A stretch of DNA of 63,547 nt, counting the filler, from Collodictyon triciliatum (lineage: Eukaryota): assembly GCA_043381765.1 (NCBI GenBank). It is 11 parts of 11 records of this genome, joined end to end, with 100 filler letters (N's around TTAATTAATTAA, not from the genome) between each part and the next. Parts side by side here need not be neighbours in the genome. Positions count along the whole stretch, not along the records: positions 11,584 to 17,272 come from JBHJMP010005015.1; positions 17,373 to 23,060 come from JBHJMP010005016.1; positions 23,161 to 28,846 come from JBHJMP010005017.1; 8 more parts are not named here. One strand, given 5' to 3'. The position numbers and the translations under genes were made by a program. Numbering within the stretch: the stretch's first letter is position 1; every line of letters starts with the position of its first letter. The notes under the pieces are model-generated. The model did no database searches and was not told the origin of the DNA. It saw nothing but the letters and a program-made list of their open reading frames with translations. Below are positions 11,584-24,325 of this stretch, in pieces.

Positions 11584-13735
11584 ACCGCATTTGTGGACCT
11601 TTCCATATTTCATCATTGGTTAGATTATCAGGGCTGAGCCATGTTTCTTGGAGGCAGATGATATCTGCATGAGAGAAAAGAGCAGTGTCTAGAGCCTCTT
11701 TTCTTTTTTGGGGGTCGTTAATCCCCCTAACGTTCCACGACAGAACGTTAAAACGCATGAATAATCTATTGCCTTTTGGAGGCCGTGCCTCCGGTGATTG
11801 GCCCTCTCCGCTGGAGCTGGGTTGCTCAGAGTGGGATGGTTTACTCGATTTGTCCTTCATTTGGCCAGTGTTATAATTGCTCGCGGCTCGGCCAGGATTT
11901 GTCGGATGGTCTTGGGCTTTTGACTGCAACCCCTTTGTAGCTGGTGTGTTGGGAGATGCACTCTGTTGGTCATCAGCAACCCTCGATTCTGATATTTCCC
12001 CCTCATCCACGCGGTAGGCAGGGCCAAACATGTTTCCACTTTCATTCTGATTTTCTTTCTGGCTCGCTATATTCGGTGGTGTACTTGACTGATTCACTCT
12101 CTTTTCCCCGGGTGATGCTTTATATTCGACGCTTTCGATCTTTTTTGGTGTCCAGTGATTGCAGGATGAGTAACCGGTGTTTTGTGTTCATGTACATTTC
12201 TTTTTCTTGCATTGGAAGCCGTTTCTCGCTGGGGAGTCGCAAGAGTTTCGACAGCAGGTCTGCTCCCATAAACAGTGCTTGAGGAGTAATTTGTCGATCC
12301 CGAGGCTTCAAGCTGCTCACTTTCTTCTTCAGCAGAATCTTCTATGATGACAGGTTGGATGGACTGTTGTTCTTCCAATCCCGAGTCTGGGACGTCGCTT
12401 CTTATGGATTGCGCAGTACTTGAAGAAAGAGTCTCTCGAGTGGTTCCAGGAGCCATGCCCTCTAAGGTGGCTAATGAATGTGGTTTGCTGGGTGCCATTA
12501 TGCTGTTTCCCGATTCTGTTACCGAGTTGGCTTGGGCTTCCCTTTCCTCGGCGTCCTCTCCATGGTTTAAAGGAGAGTTTGGTGAATTATAATCGACTTG
12601 AGGAGGTTGGAAATCTTGGAGGCATGCGATGTTTCCTCCACTTTGAAGCCATTCCACGATTGATACTGCTTCCTCTGTGTTCACTGGTGAACTTAATGCA
12701 CTTTCAGACAAAGCGCCTGGTGTTTCGTCCATCATTTCGATATCCATTTCTTGATTTTGGGTCGTTCATAAACCTTTTTCTTGATTGATACTTCGAGCGC
12801 TTCATCCACGGGTGTCTTGTCACGATTTCTCCCTCTGGCATTAGAGGACGACGCGTGTTGCCTTTGGCCTTGTTTGTGGACTCTGGGCTTGTTTTGCACA
12901 GACGATTCCTGCACGGTTGGTCATTCTTTAGCACTGAAGTCGGCTACTTTTGTGTTGAAGCCTGAGAAGCGAGTGGCGGTGTTTTGTTTGTTGGTGGCCG
13001 CCTGATTGGTGGGCATCGGCTTGGCAGTAGCTGTTTTTTTTGTGGTTTGTGGTTTGACCTTGTGTGCCATTCACTTCTTTGTTGGGAGAGTTGATGGGAT
13101 GTCAGACTCTTTGAGGGCGCGTATCTCCACGCGACAGCGTCTGCCATGAATGACGAAAAAGTGAGGTATTTTCCCCATTTCTTCCTGTTCTTCGTCATAA
13201 GTAACGAGTGCATCATTCATGCATATTCCTCCAGGCTTTGTCCAGTTGACTTTGATTGGGGTGAAGTATTCACTGCAGGCCTTAAAAATATCAGTCCAGC
13301 TGACCCCCAGTGGTATTTTATACAGGTGCGCAACCTTTGTGACAGTTTTTACTGGCATGGGGTGTATTGGTGATTGAGGAGCTTAAACGACCCCTCTTTA
13401 ATGAAGGCAGCTGCGTTTTCTTTTCTTTGGAAGGCGACCCTGAGTCCGAGGGCAGGGCTGTCCACCATTAGAGTCACGTCCTTTTCGTAGCGATTTCGAG
13501 CTTCCATTACAGCATGCAGTTGCTTGTACATATTACTAAGGTTTGCGAAAGAGAGAACCGGCCATTGCTTGCCCGAAGGCGGACAAAGCATTCTTTGTCT
13601 TTGAAGAGTTCGTTTTCAATCGCACTTTTTAATCGCGGTAAGTCAGCCACAAAATATCGAATAAGAGGTTCCGTTTCCCGATGCAAGCTCCACCGCGCAC
13701 GAGGCTCACTGTCGCCATCATGTCAAAGTGTCTAG
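11584..13735 (-). mobile_element. Non-LTR retrotransposon (L1/Tx1-like) 5' part: frameshifted ORF1 region plus start of the APE endonuclease
   Basis: MRFNVLSWNVRGINDPQKRKE...ADIICLQETW is the APE domain N-terminus. Upstream lie intronless, frame-broken ORF1-like segments with an S/P/E-rich linker. Cut by the linker at 11583. Confidence 0.82.
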
Positions 13736-14119
13736 ATGAGTGCGCTGGTAGCATAATTAAACCAAAGATGAAACCTGCTTATTCCATACTTCAAATACCC
13801 TGTATGTATCATGTCATGATATTTTAGCTTCAAAATTAACAACCCAAACACCAAATGCTAACAAGACATGTAATCGAGAAAGAAATATCAAACAACCAGC
13901 CATTATACTTTGTGGGTTAGGGTGTACCTTGGCCCTGAAGTCCGGAACTCGGGTATGAGACTTGGGTTAGATGTCCATGATAACATTTGTCATTATAATC
14001 ATGATGAATTTTGTTTCTATTTTGCCAGAAAACTGAACTGAAACGAGCTACAAAATCTGAGAGTAATAACCCAAGAAAAAGATGTAGCCAACCAACATCA
14101 CATTTTTCTCTTTACTTGA

Positions 14120-14640
14120 TTCGAAGCCAACCAATACCACATGAGAGAAGCGGTCTATATTTCATATTGTCTCTGTATCAAGGGCTATCAAGTCAACAGG
14201 AAATTGCGGATATCAGATGCATTTTAGGCATCCCTGCCTAATCAAGTACATACATTTGAAAATTGGCTATGAGCTTACTGTTCAGAAGAACTAAAAAAAT
14301 AGGGAAGAGGCACATATGAAAATACATGGATACATATCCACCCAGAAAACATTCGAAATATAAGCTTTCACTGTGGACAAAGAACTTTCCAACTACCAGG
14401 CGACTCTTTCTGCTCTATTTTTGAGAGATAGAAAGAGTAAAGTCAGAATATTCTTAGGAAACATGCTACCAATATACAATCATTACTCGCATATTTTAAT
14501 CAAGAAAGTTTTTGGTATATGTGTATATGCTGATTTAAGTTGTTTTTTTACATATCCATAAATTGTATGGAATCAATCAAATAAATGAAATCCCTTTTTT
14601 CATTAATAATTCTGATGGCTCTCAACCAAAAATATTGCGA
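14120..14640 (+). pseudogene. Highly degenerate reverse transcriptase remnant
   Basis: Remnants ISDAF (about 14210), PGDSF (about 14397), YADL (about 14526) and LMALNQK (about 14612) occur in the order and spacing of non-LTR RT motifs A, B', C and D, broken by stops and frameshifts. Confidence 0.4.
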
Positions 14641-17600
14641 ATGCCAAAAAAATCAATTCGAGTTTCTATGAAAGAGTACCGTTAGGTCAGATAGAATGAT
14701 AAATGAAAATGAAATCACAGCCTGCAACTCACTATAGTATAGAGAGTACATCCTTAAAAATGGTTTTAATATACATTCTTTTCTGACTAGACCTAGTAAG
14801 GTGCACCAAAGTACAATAGTGTATCACATTTTTTATTTCCCTTGAAAGAAGCAGAGAAGCGAGCGAAAGTGGTGTGTGCCATTTATTTTGGCTTGATTAT
14901 ATCGAATATCTTGAGGGACTATGCCACATACTATAGTGTGAAGAATAAATATTAGACATCTGGTTCTATAAAACAAAAATATACTCATTTTTTTCAGCCC
15001 TATTAAAGTCTTCATCTTAATAGGACTCACTCACAGTGTCCACCTGACTGGAGCATGTTGTTGGTATACTATTTTATGTGTGTTTGAAGAGTTTGAGGAG
15101 AGATTTTTACACAGTTTTATAGCTGCATGTTTAGTATGTGTTCATAGCACTCGCCTTCTGCGTGATACTGCATGACTAATTTTTCTGATGTCGCGTGTTA
15201 ACCTATATAGAGACCTTGTCGTAATAGTTGATATCCAAATGCATGAGTTTTGTGGCGCTGTGATTTTTGCTGGAAGTTCTTCCGTATTGGCGCACTTTTT
15301 TTAGTCACTTTCATTTTCAATATGACAAAATATTAGAGGAAATGTTTAAAAAGGTGCCAGTTTATATGATTATAGATATTATTGAGGTCAGTTAGGGTTA
15401 GGGTATTTCTAAAGGTATAGATTGCATATATTCTACTGTAAAGATGCAACGATTTTATAACCACCAAAAATACCACCAAGTGGGTAAAACATAAGCTTAC
15501 TTTAAAGACAGCATACCTATAGCTTTGCATATCAGTATTAACGTGAATAAAAAATTTCATTGAAATTATCTGATGGCATATTTTTGTCAGCCATTCTGAT
15601 GAAAATGGGACGGGACAGTTTGAACGGGGTTTCGGGCTGTATGAGTGATTGAATAAGGATGCGCGTGAGTTATTCGCAAACTATCTGTCTGTTTCATTTC
15701 CACTGTTGACCAATGAAACAGATAGCGTCTGTCGTGGAATAACATAAAAGATGGCAAGAGAATTGCATATAAGTGATGTACTTGTGAACCGAGAAGTGAC
15801 GAAACATATGCAGCACTGATTTTGACCGGGACAATCTCAAAAATTCAACAAACATCCGGCAAATATCTCTCTTCGAACAATTACTTCTCTCTTACAATTT
15901 ACCATGAATTACTTGGTTTTTTAACAGTCTGTATCAATTGAATGGCTCGAGTGGTCATTAGAGAGGTACAGAAAATGCATAAGTTCTATTTAACAATAAA
16001 GTTGCGAGTACCAATTAACCAAATAAGAGCAAAATAAGAAATAAAATCACTCATGTATTTTGACCTTGACTGATATTGAGGAAAATAACTCAAAATAGTG
16101 ACTTGGGGGTATTGTTCTCTGCGAGCTACAAACTCAGGATGGGCTGGTCAAAATTTTGTTATTAAATATGTACACTTTTAAGAAACTACTATAAACGAGC
16201 ATTCACATATGCTCTCGAAACAAAAAAATTTTCCTGACTGAAACATTTAAGAAATAGGAAATATTGCCAGGAAAAAGTCTAGGAAAAAAACTGATGACAT
16301 ATTCACTACTAATACCAAAATAACCTTACGGAAAAACGTTGGAACTCGATTTAATCAGAAAACTACCACTCCTGAGGATAAACCAGAGTTCCGGGCCCAA
16401 CAAGAATCTCGCACCAGATTTGCTGATGCACAAAATTTTTTACTCTAATCTGGCCAGCTGATTAAAAATTGAAGGCCTATATCCCGTATCTAACTGAGGG
16501 TCATAGCATAGATGAAAAGCCTCGAATGGGACAGCAAGTCAACTTAGATTTAAAATTCCTCTTACCTTAAGTGAGCTTCAGAAACTTTGGTGTAGATGAG
16601 ATAATATTTTAAATCAAAAAGGCATGTTCCTTCACGTAGGTTTACCTGAAAAAAGTACAACTATGATGTGCTGCATACCTAGAACCAAAAACTTTTACGA
16701 CATATAAAGGAAATTGTACCACCTGCTGGTCACCAACCAAACTGCCAAACTTATTTCTATAGATAAAGTCAATCATTTAGTCCTAGAATAACTTCATTAA
16801 AGGACCAAAATAGAAGACATCCAACACAAATTGAGGTCTTCATGAAAATAAAGTCCATTAATCGCCAACAAAATTTTCTATTAATTGAAACGTATCTTCG
16901 CCTTTTGATGGATTAAATTGAATAATGCTCTCTCAGAAAGTATGAAAATCAAAGGCGAGGACCTTCCATAAGATAGATAAAAAATAAATCCCACCCGCAT
17001 CCCACAATCGAACGAAGCCCTGGAATCGAAATTTATCATATATAATAAAGAAAAAGAAAAACATATCATTCTTGAGATCTAACCCTGATTTAAAGACTTA
17101 CAAAACACGATTTTTTTTTATTCTTCCTTTCAATTTTGTGCAGGATGGTGGAGATGTTGGCTTTGGTTCGCTAGCCATCGTTTGCATGGACGCTACTTGG
17201 TGGCCGGGTGGCGGAGAAGTAGTCGGTATTCAGGGATTGCATCCTGCGCTTTGGCCTGTAGCCTGGGTCTTGNNNNNNNNNNNNNNNNNNNNNNNNNNNN
17301 NNNNNNNNNNNNNNNNTTAATTAATTAANNNNNNNNNNNNNNNNNNNNNNNNNNNNNNNNNNNNNNNNNNNNTCTCTTTTTTCTCTTTTTTCTCTTTTTT
17401 TCTCTTTTTTCTCTTTTTTTCTCTTTTTTCTCTTTTTTCTCTTTTTTCTTTTTTTTCTCTTTTTCTCTTTTGTTTTCTTCCTTACATTTATTACGTACCC
17501 TGGTGATGCATGGTGCTCAATTCGAAACAAACCGGAGACCTTTGGAATATACTTTGATCTATACATAAAAAGGAGGCTGCAAGGGAGCTAAAATTCACAA

Positions 17601-17755
17601 AGTAAATCACGAACACTGCATAGTGAATTGGAATCGAATGAAGGGAAAAATTGTGGGCTTTGTGTGTATTAAAATAATACAGAATTATCAAAAGATTGCA
17701 AAGAATCCCACCCAGAGACAATAATTTATTTATTTATTTTTAGCTAATCTGAAAG

Positions 17756-20700
17756 ATGGATATCTCGGAGGAAAAATTATACGACGAACTCACGACTATG
17801 GGTTTTGAGTTTGAAGTAATAGCACTAGCTATCAGCATGTCGCCCAGCAGCCTAGAAGAGGCTGTCAGATATGTAATCAGTCCATAATCCTACATGATAG
17901 TCTGCCACAAAGGCCTTGTTTTACAAAGCAATGACATATACAAACTGTTGCTTTCAAGAGAACTATTTCTTATCTTATTTTCCTTTTTTTTTTTATTTTT
18001 TATTACCTTTTTTCTTTAAAGTGTCTAGATAGGATAAACTTAGCTCAATCAATTGTGGAAAAGAAAAGTGGTAGCAGACCTGCTGAGGCAGCCTTTATTC
18101 AGGCAAAGAAACACGTATCTATCATAAGGATTCACTCATTTTCTTTATTCAAAATATTTCCAAATTTTCCAAAGATTTTTTTATGGAATGTTATCTTAAA
18201 GTGATCCAAATCACACGAGCAGTATAAGTAAAATACTGTGATGATTGCTTCTTAAGTGCACTTTCCCCCCTTTATTATATTCAAAGTGTGCTTAAGTGCA
18301 CTTGATTTATACAAAACTATGAAGAAAAAACGTCCAAACCTAATTTTTTTTTTTCATGAATCGCATGTAACATATCATTTATAAAATTTAGTGCCCTGAG
18401 TTCAAACCAATAAGGGCTGCTGTAAACTTTATTCGCTTGATCTATTTGGCTTATGATAACCCTATCCTACAAAGTATAAAAAATATTAAGTATGTGTTAT
18501 ATTGAGGGAAAAAAAGTGGTGGTAATCAGTACCTTAGGATACAGAGCTATTTTACGAGCATGAAGATGAAAGTGAGGATGAGGATGGAGATCAAGACAAG
18601 GTCACAATTGAAAGTAAGCCTGATGAGTCCACCGACAAGCAACAGTATTTGAGCGATACTGAACCAGAAGATGAGTATGAACCAGAAGAGACACCTCCTG
18701 CTAGGTCCCCAAAAAGGTCATCAAACCCAGATAAATCACCCACCAGTGTATCTCCAGTAAACTGGGCCGCATCTCCTATACCAAGATTGGATGAGGCTCA
18801 CCAGGTCATCGAGCGAGTCAGTGAACTTTGATAATTCTAAATTCTCGCAAATGCAATAATCATAATTCGATGAAGATAAATTCAAAACTTTTATTTACAT
18901 GAAAGTTGTTCGTTGTATCACTTTCTAAATTATTAACTTTCGGGTGAATGTCAAATATGTATAGACGAATGCTCTTCGTCAGCCGTACTCATTAATGCTA
19001 CCAATCCATGCCATGCGTATCATAGATGAGCAGGTATATTTCAATTGGGCACACATATCTCAATATTTGATGATTTCAGAGAATTCATAACCAAGCATGT
19101 AGGCAGACCATATCATATCTACATTCCAAGTCACCAGAACACAGGCATATATGCTGTTGATGCAAAATAAGAGGAGAATAGAGAATATTATGGAAAAATG
19201 CAGCGAAAACATGACTTCAGCATTGAAAGAGTACCTTTTAATTGATTACAGAAAAATAGCTTATTTTAATCCAGGTCGCAAGATATCTAACCCTTAAGAA
19301 TTAGCCACCTAATCTTACCAAAAAAAAAAAAAACCAGAGCAAAGGCTTTGTATGATTCATCTGAAGCCCCTCCATCCGAGGTTTAGTTATCCACCGACAA
19401 AATCGTCGTTCTTAATCCCAACATCCGAAGATTTTTATGCATCATGATTAGGAAGGAAAGGGAAGTTTTATCTAAAAAAAAGTTATTTTGCTCTGCAAAG
19501 AGAAACACATGCTTAGTATGCGGAGACGATGACCCAGAATTATTGTACAAGAATCTAGGCTGTGAGCATGAGTATGATTATATATTGGATCACATTAATA
19601 ATAAATATATTTATAAAGGAACAATCATAAACTTTACTTCATATCATATTGAAATATACAGATTCACAACCAATATTTTTGTTTATTCTTGATCAAATTA
19701 GCGCGTGTTCTGATTGTTGGAGTGCGTATGTGAATGGGAAAGTTGTCGAAGGATGTGTCATAATCACGTGCCCTCAATTCAAGGCAAGCTATTAGTTTGT
19801 TGCACTGACGATGAAGACTAGTTTTTTTTTCTTAACCCCTCCTTATTGATTCGTTTTCTCTTCTGTTATAGTGCGAATACAAGGCAGAGCCCACGTTTAT
19901 TGAACAGTGTATATCCCCGGATGCATTTTTGGTACTTTACTAGACCCACATAAAATGAAACAGTTCATAAAAAAACATTTCTACAAAAGAAACTGAAATA
20001 ATCCTTTATTATATTTGTTAATAGAAATATAAAGAATTTATGCTACGATCTATACTGCAACAAGACCCTAAGATTAAATGGTGTCCAAATCCACGGTGTG
20101 ACCGCCTGTTAGAGGGCATCCAAGTTATGGATGCCACATGCGAATGCGATGAAACATTCTGATATCCTTTCATTACCCACCCTGCACAATTTGTTATATA
20201 TGAATCCCCGTTTGATATATTTGGGCGTTTGCTTTTGTTTTTATCAGCTATAATACAATTATCCTTAACATTTGATTACTCTTAAGTGTAACATGGCTGG
20301 TGGACACTATCCCACCACATGTGATGAATACTCTGAATGGAGCAAAAAGGCATCGACTGATGCTAAAGCCGAAAAATGGATATCCACTCTATATTAGTTT
20401 TACCTTTATTTTCATTTAGGTTGTATACATGAAATTACAAAAAAAAAAAAAACTTTACGAATTATATTACAAATCGAATTGAAGTGCGCTTAATCCAAAA
20501 TAATGGCGGTATATTGAGGCTTAACATAAGAACATGTCCTCATTCTGTAAGAAATGTCCAAAGTGTGGTGTCCAAATCGAAAAGAATATGGTAGGTGTTA
20601 TCCATTTCAATCGCTTTAACCTCCATTCAAATATCTGTGATTACAAGGAAGTTGATATGAATGCCATCTTGCAGATAATTTAAAATCCTTCTTTTATCTA

Positions 20701-21440
20701 TAATGTAGGGGTGTAATCATATGCACTGTACCCGATGGTTTGAGTTCACTTCTTTCTTTTTCCAATAGTCCCTTTCTTTTTTCTTTTTTACATAGCAGAT
20801 GAAAACATATATAAACAAATATTTATGTTAGTATGATAATTAAAATAATAAATTCCGTCGCAGCAACCACCACTTTTGTTGGATTTGCATGAAAAGTTCA
20901 AATGACCACTATGCGTGCAATGGATACGATGTTAGTATTGTTTTTATTTATGAAGCCCAGAATTTGACGAGACTATTAACTGTATTATTTTCATGTTGCT
21001 TGTTATCCCCATTAGTCTTGCAAGTAGTTGTATAACAAAATATGATTATTTGTTTATTTGTTTATTTTTTCTTATCAGGAAGGAGGAACAGTCGCCCCCT
21101 CAAAAGGAAGAGAAGAGACAGAAAAGTCAGTCTTACAATAGAATTCAAATAAATTTTCATCCTTTCTTTCAACTGTTTTTTTTTGTTTGTTCGATATTGT
21201 TATTTTTCCTTTATTCGATTCGTTTGTTCAATATAGTAAATACCAAATATAATCTGCTATCTGTCTACTAAGCAGTGCAGTGCATTGATTATAATCCCCC
21301 TACCACAAAGATTCCTCCATTTCTATGGCAGATATGAAGTGCATGAGAGAAGCAGAAAGATCGCACAAGAAAACCTGGAAAAGATGAAACGAGAGTAATA
21401 TAATTTCCCCCATAGTTTCTCACCGTTTGCTTCCCTCGGC

Positions 21441-21471
<31 letters not shown>

Positions 21472-22617
21472 GCAACTCAATGTCAATTGATTATTTATTT
21501 AAAAGATAGATGAAAACAACCTTTAGAGATTGCAACCCACTTTATTTTCTATATTCTTACTTGTAACTTTGAACTTTTAATGCAGATTGGGTGGCTATTG
21601 CTTCTTTTTTTTTCCTTCTACTAATATTGATCGCCCACGGCTATCCTTTCTATTTGCTTGCGTTGATGTATACAATAATTCCTTATTTACCTGACTAGGA
21701 TTGAGCTTTCGATGACCCCTGGGCGGCCACACGAGATAGATTTTCTTGTCGATTCTAGCGCGACTCTTATCAAGGTTTATGATCTTCCTTACAGATAACC
21801 CTGTCTTTTTCTATTTCTATTTCTATTTGCAAATGATATACCCCTATCAATACCGGAATTGAAGTGTGCTGAAATTACAACTTTACACAGGCTCGCAACA
21901 TCCTCAAATTCTCATATGCGCACGCCTTTTTCATCAGAAGCTCTCAGTGGAAATCAATCTTCCAGTAAGTGAACCGCTCACCAAGGAACTTGAGCAACTT
22001 ATGGTCTTGAGTTTTTTTTTTTTTATTAAGTATATAGCAGTGAGAGTAACACTATATTGTTTTCTATTATTCCTTTCAATTCGTGCATTTTAACAATATG
22101 CTTAAATATCTATAATATAAAACACCTCCACCAGAACTTGCAAGCAAATATGGCTTCTCATACTAAAGGTGATATGCCCACTATCCAGATTCCTGCAAGG
22201 CGACTTGGAAAATGCCACGGAGCGTATGAACTTTGAGTTGGAGCGGACATCACCAAAGTTTGCCTTTGTTCCATTACTACCACTGCTGCCATTCTTTTCA
22301 AACACAAATGATATGCCGTACACCCGAAAATACCATTTACAAAGCACATGATATGAAAATTAAGAAGAAGAAAAAGAATATATGCCGAAAGGAAAAGGAA
22401 GGAAAAAGAAAAGCGTATGTGGTTACTGCTCCCAACCTGGTTTTGCTCGGTTCAATTTAAACGCGACCCCATTTTTCCATGCAGCCGCCAAGTCTTGGTC
22501 GATTTGACTGCGAATGTGCGTCGCCGCATCAAAAACATGATCGAGAGCTCCTTCAAAGAGCTCAGCGACAGAGGAGAAGGCAGCTCACGAGGTAAACAAC
22601 CACGCCAGACAATGTAG
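17756..22617 (+). CDS. ARIH: Ariadne-family RBR E3 ubiquitin ligase with an N-terminal UBA domain
   Basis: Spliced exons give UBA (LTTMGFE...LEEAVRY), an acidic tract, RING1 (CLVC...GCEHDACSDCW...CPQFKC), IBR (WCPNPRC...CECDETFCLKC...HYPTTC), RING2 (CPKC...[23 protein letters not shown]) and the Ariadne domain (FLHFYGRY; ARNILKFSYAHAFF; QGDLENATERM). The last exon is uncertain. Confidence 0.93.
20162..20279 (+). other. U12-type AT-AC intron (118 nt)
   Basis: 5' end ATATCCTTT; branch site TCCTTAAC at 20262-20269; ends TTAC. Removal restores the IBR sequence FC|LKC. Confidence 0.93.
20380..20533 (+). other. U12-type AT-AC intron (154 nt)
   Basis: 5' end ATATCCAC; branch site GCTTAAC ending at 20525; ends GAAC. 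Removal gives W-x7-CPKC as in Ariadne proteins. There is no GT before the in-frame TAG. Confidence 0.87.
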
Positions 22618-23160
22618 GGTTCTCTCCGACACTGCGCAGAATTTCTCTGCAGGGGACCTACACGCGCTCTGCCCATACGTGGTTGCGAACAAGAACCCAG
22701 CAAGGATTAAAGATTTCAGATGTTGTTTGTTTAAGATATACCCACTTTCTGTAGAGGCAAGTGCTCAAAGTTGGACATTTACGGGTACGCTCGTGAATAT
22801 AAAAAACATCATGAGGAGGAAAGAAGGGGAAAAGGAAAAGGAGAGAGAAGGGAAATAATAATGAAAGCAGCATATGCCATGAAGAATGAACCACAAACGG
22901 AGTATGGGTTCGGGCATGAAAGATGAAAGACGGTTTTTTTGGGAGTCTGTGTTGGGTTAGATTTCAAGAAGGAGAAGTGAGAGCGCCATAAGAACCATGC
23001 CGATGGCCAGGTTGAGCGTGACAAACTTGCGGTTGTTGCTAAAGGACAAAGCAGTGGGGANNNNNNNNNNNNNNNNNNNNNNNNNNNNNNNNNNNNNNNN
23101 NNNNTTAATTAATTAANNNNNNNNNNNNNNNNNNNNNNNNNNNNNNNNNNNNNNNNNNNN

Positions 23161-23255
23161 GTTTGTTTGTTTGTTTGTTTGTTTGTTTGTTTGTTTGTTT
23201 GTTTGTTTGTTTGTTTGTTTGTTTGTTTGTTTGTTTGTTTGTTTGTTTGTTTGTT
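23161..23255. repeat. (GTTT)n microsatellite
   Basis: Directly visible at a contig start. Confidence 0.95.
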
Positions 23256-24325
23256 TCCTTTCTCCCTTTATCTCCCTCATTCGCCTTCAAGTTGGAGCCT
23301 TGGCTTAGGCGATCGCAGGTTCGGGGTTGCCGGCCTCTCCGTCGGGCTTCGGCGGCCCACAACAACATGTGGTTCTCGTGAGTGCCTACGCACAGAATGA
23401 ATCGGGTTCGCTCCTCGGCCTGGCTTACAAGCACTCCTCTCCGCTCAGGAAATCGCCAGGAAGCGACAACCACACCTGATTCAGTGAATGAAGCACAAAA
23501 CGTGGAGGTGGCGCATTTATAGGAAACTTAATCTGTTGCCTTATCACACCGAACAGACCAAATCGGCCATATTAGGCATTGATATTAATTTAATACCAAT
23601 TATATTTTATTATTACAATTTTTATATTATAGGGTGTTTATTTTGAATAAATATGATAATAATATTAAATTATAAATATATTCCAGATATATGATTACTT
23701 TTCTGCATGTTTCTCCGAATTGGGTATTTAGTCGGGATGGGAATCAGGGAAGTGGGTAATTCCCAACATGACGTGTTTCTGCTTGGCGTTCGGTTTGAGC
23801 CTGGGTAAATGGAAACTATGTTGTGGAAGATTCAGCTCGGGTGGGACCTCTTTTTTGAGTTTATTCAACTGCCCTCACCAAACCGCGACTGTTCATATAG
23901 TTTGTCTACTAAATTCCAGCAATAAAGGCAATACGACGCATTGCCGGTTACAAGTGGAAGCCAGCACAGCCCACCAATTGTTTATGGTTGTGACGCAAAC
24001 ACATGAGTATATAAACAAGTAAGAAGACATTTTTTGTAAACTATATTTTTGTCCCTCTCCTCTTTTTTCTGTCTTTTTAAGCCATACAAGTAAAAAGTAT
24101 CAGATGTAACCAGTTAAACATCCGACACACTTTCGCCATCACACAACGGGACGCGTCGATATGTATCTCATACAGAGCCACATTTGCCTTCCCTGCCATT
24201 CCTGACAGCTATGGACACTTTCAGTATTTAGTTGTCCCTACTCTGACAAAGCCCCTTAAAGTTCCGTTATAATACACTGTGGGCACTGGCTGACTCACAC
24301 CACAAACATAACCTCGACAGCCCCA

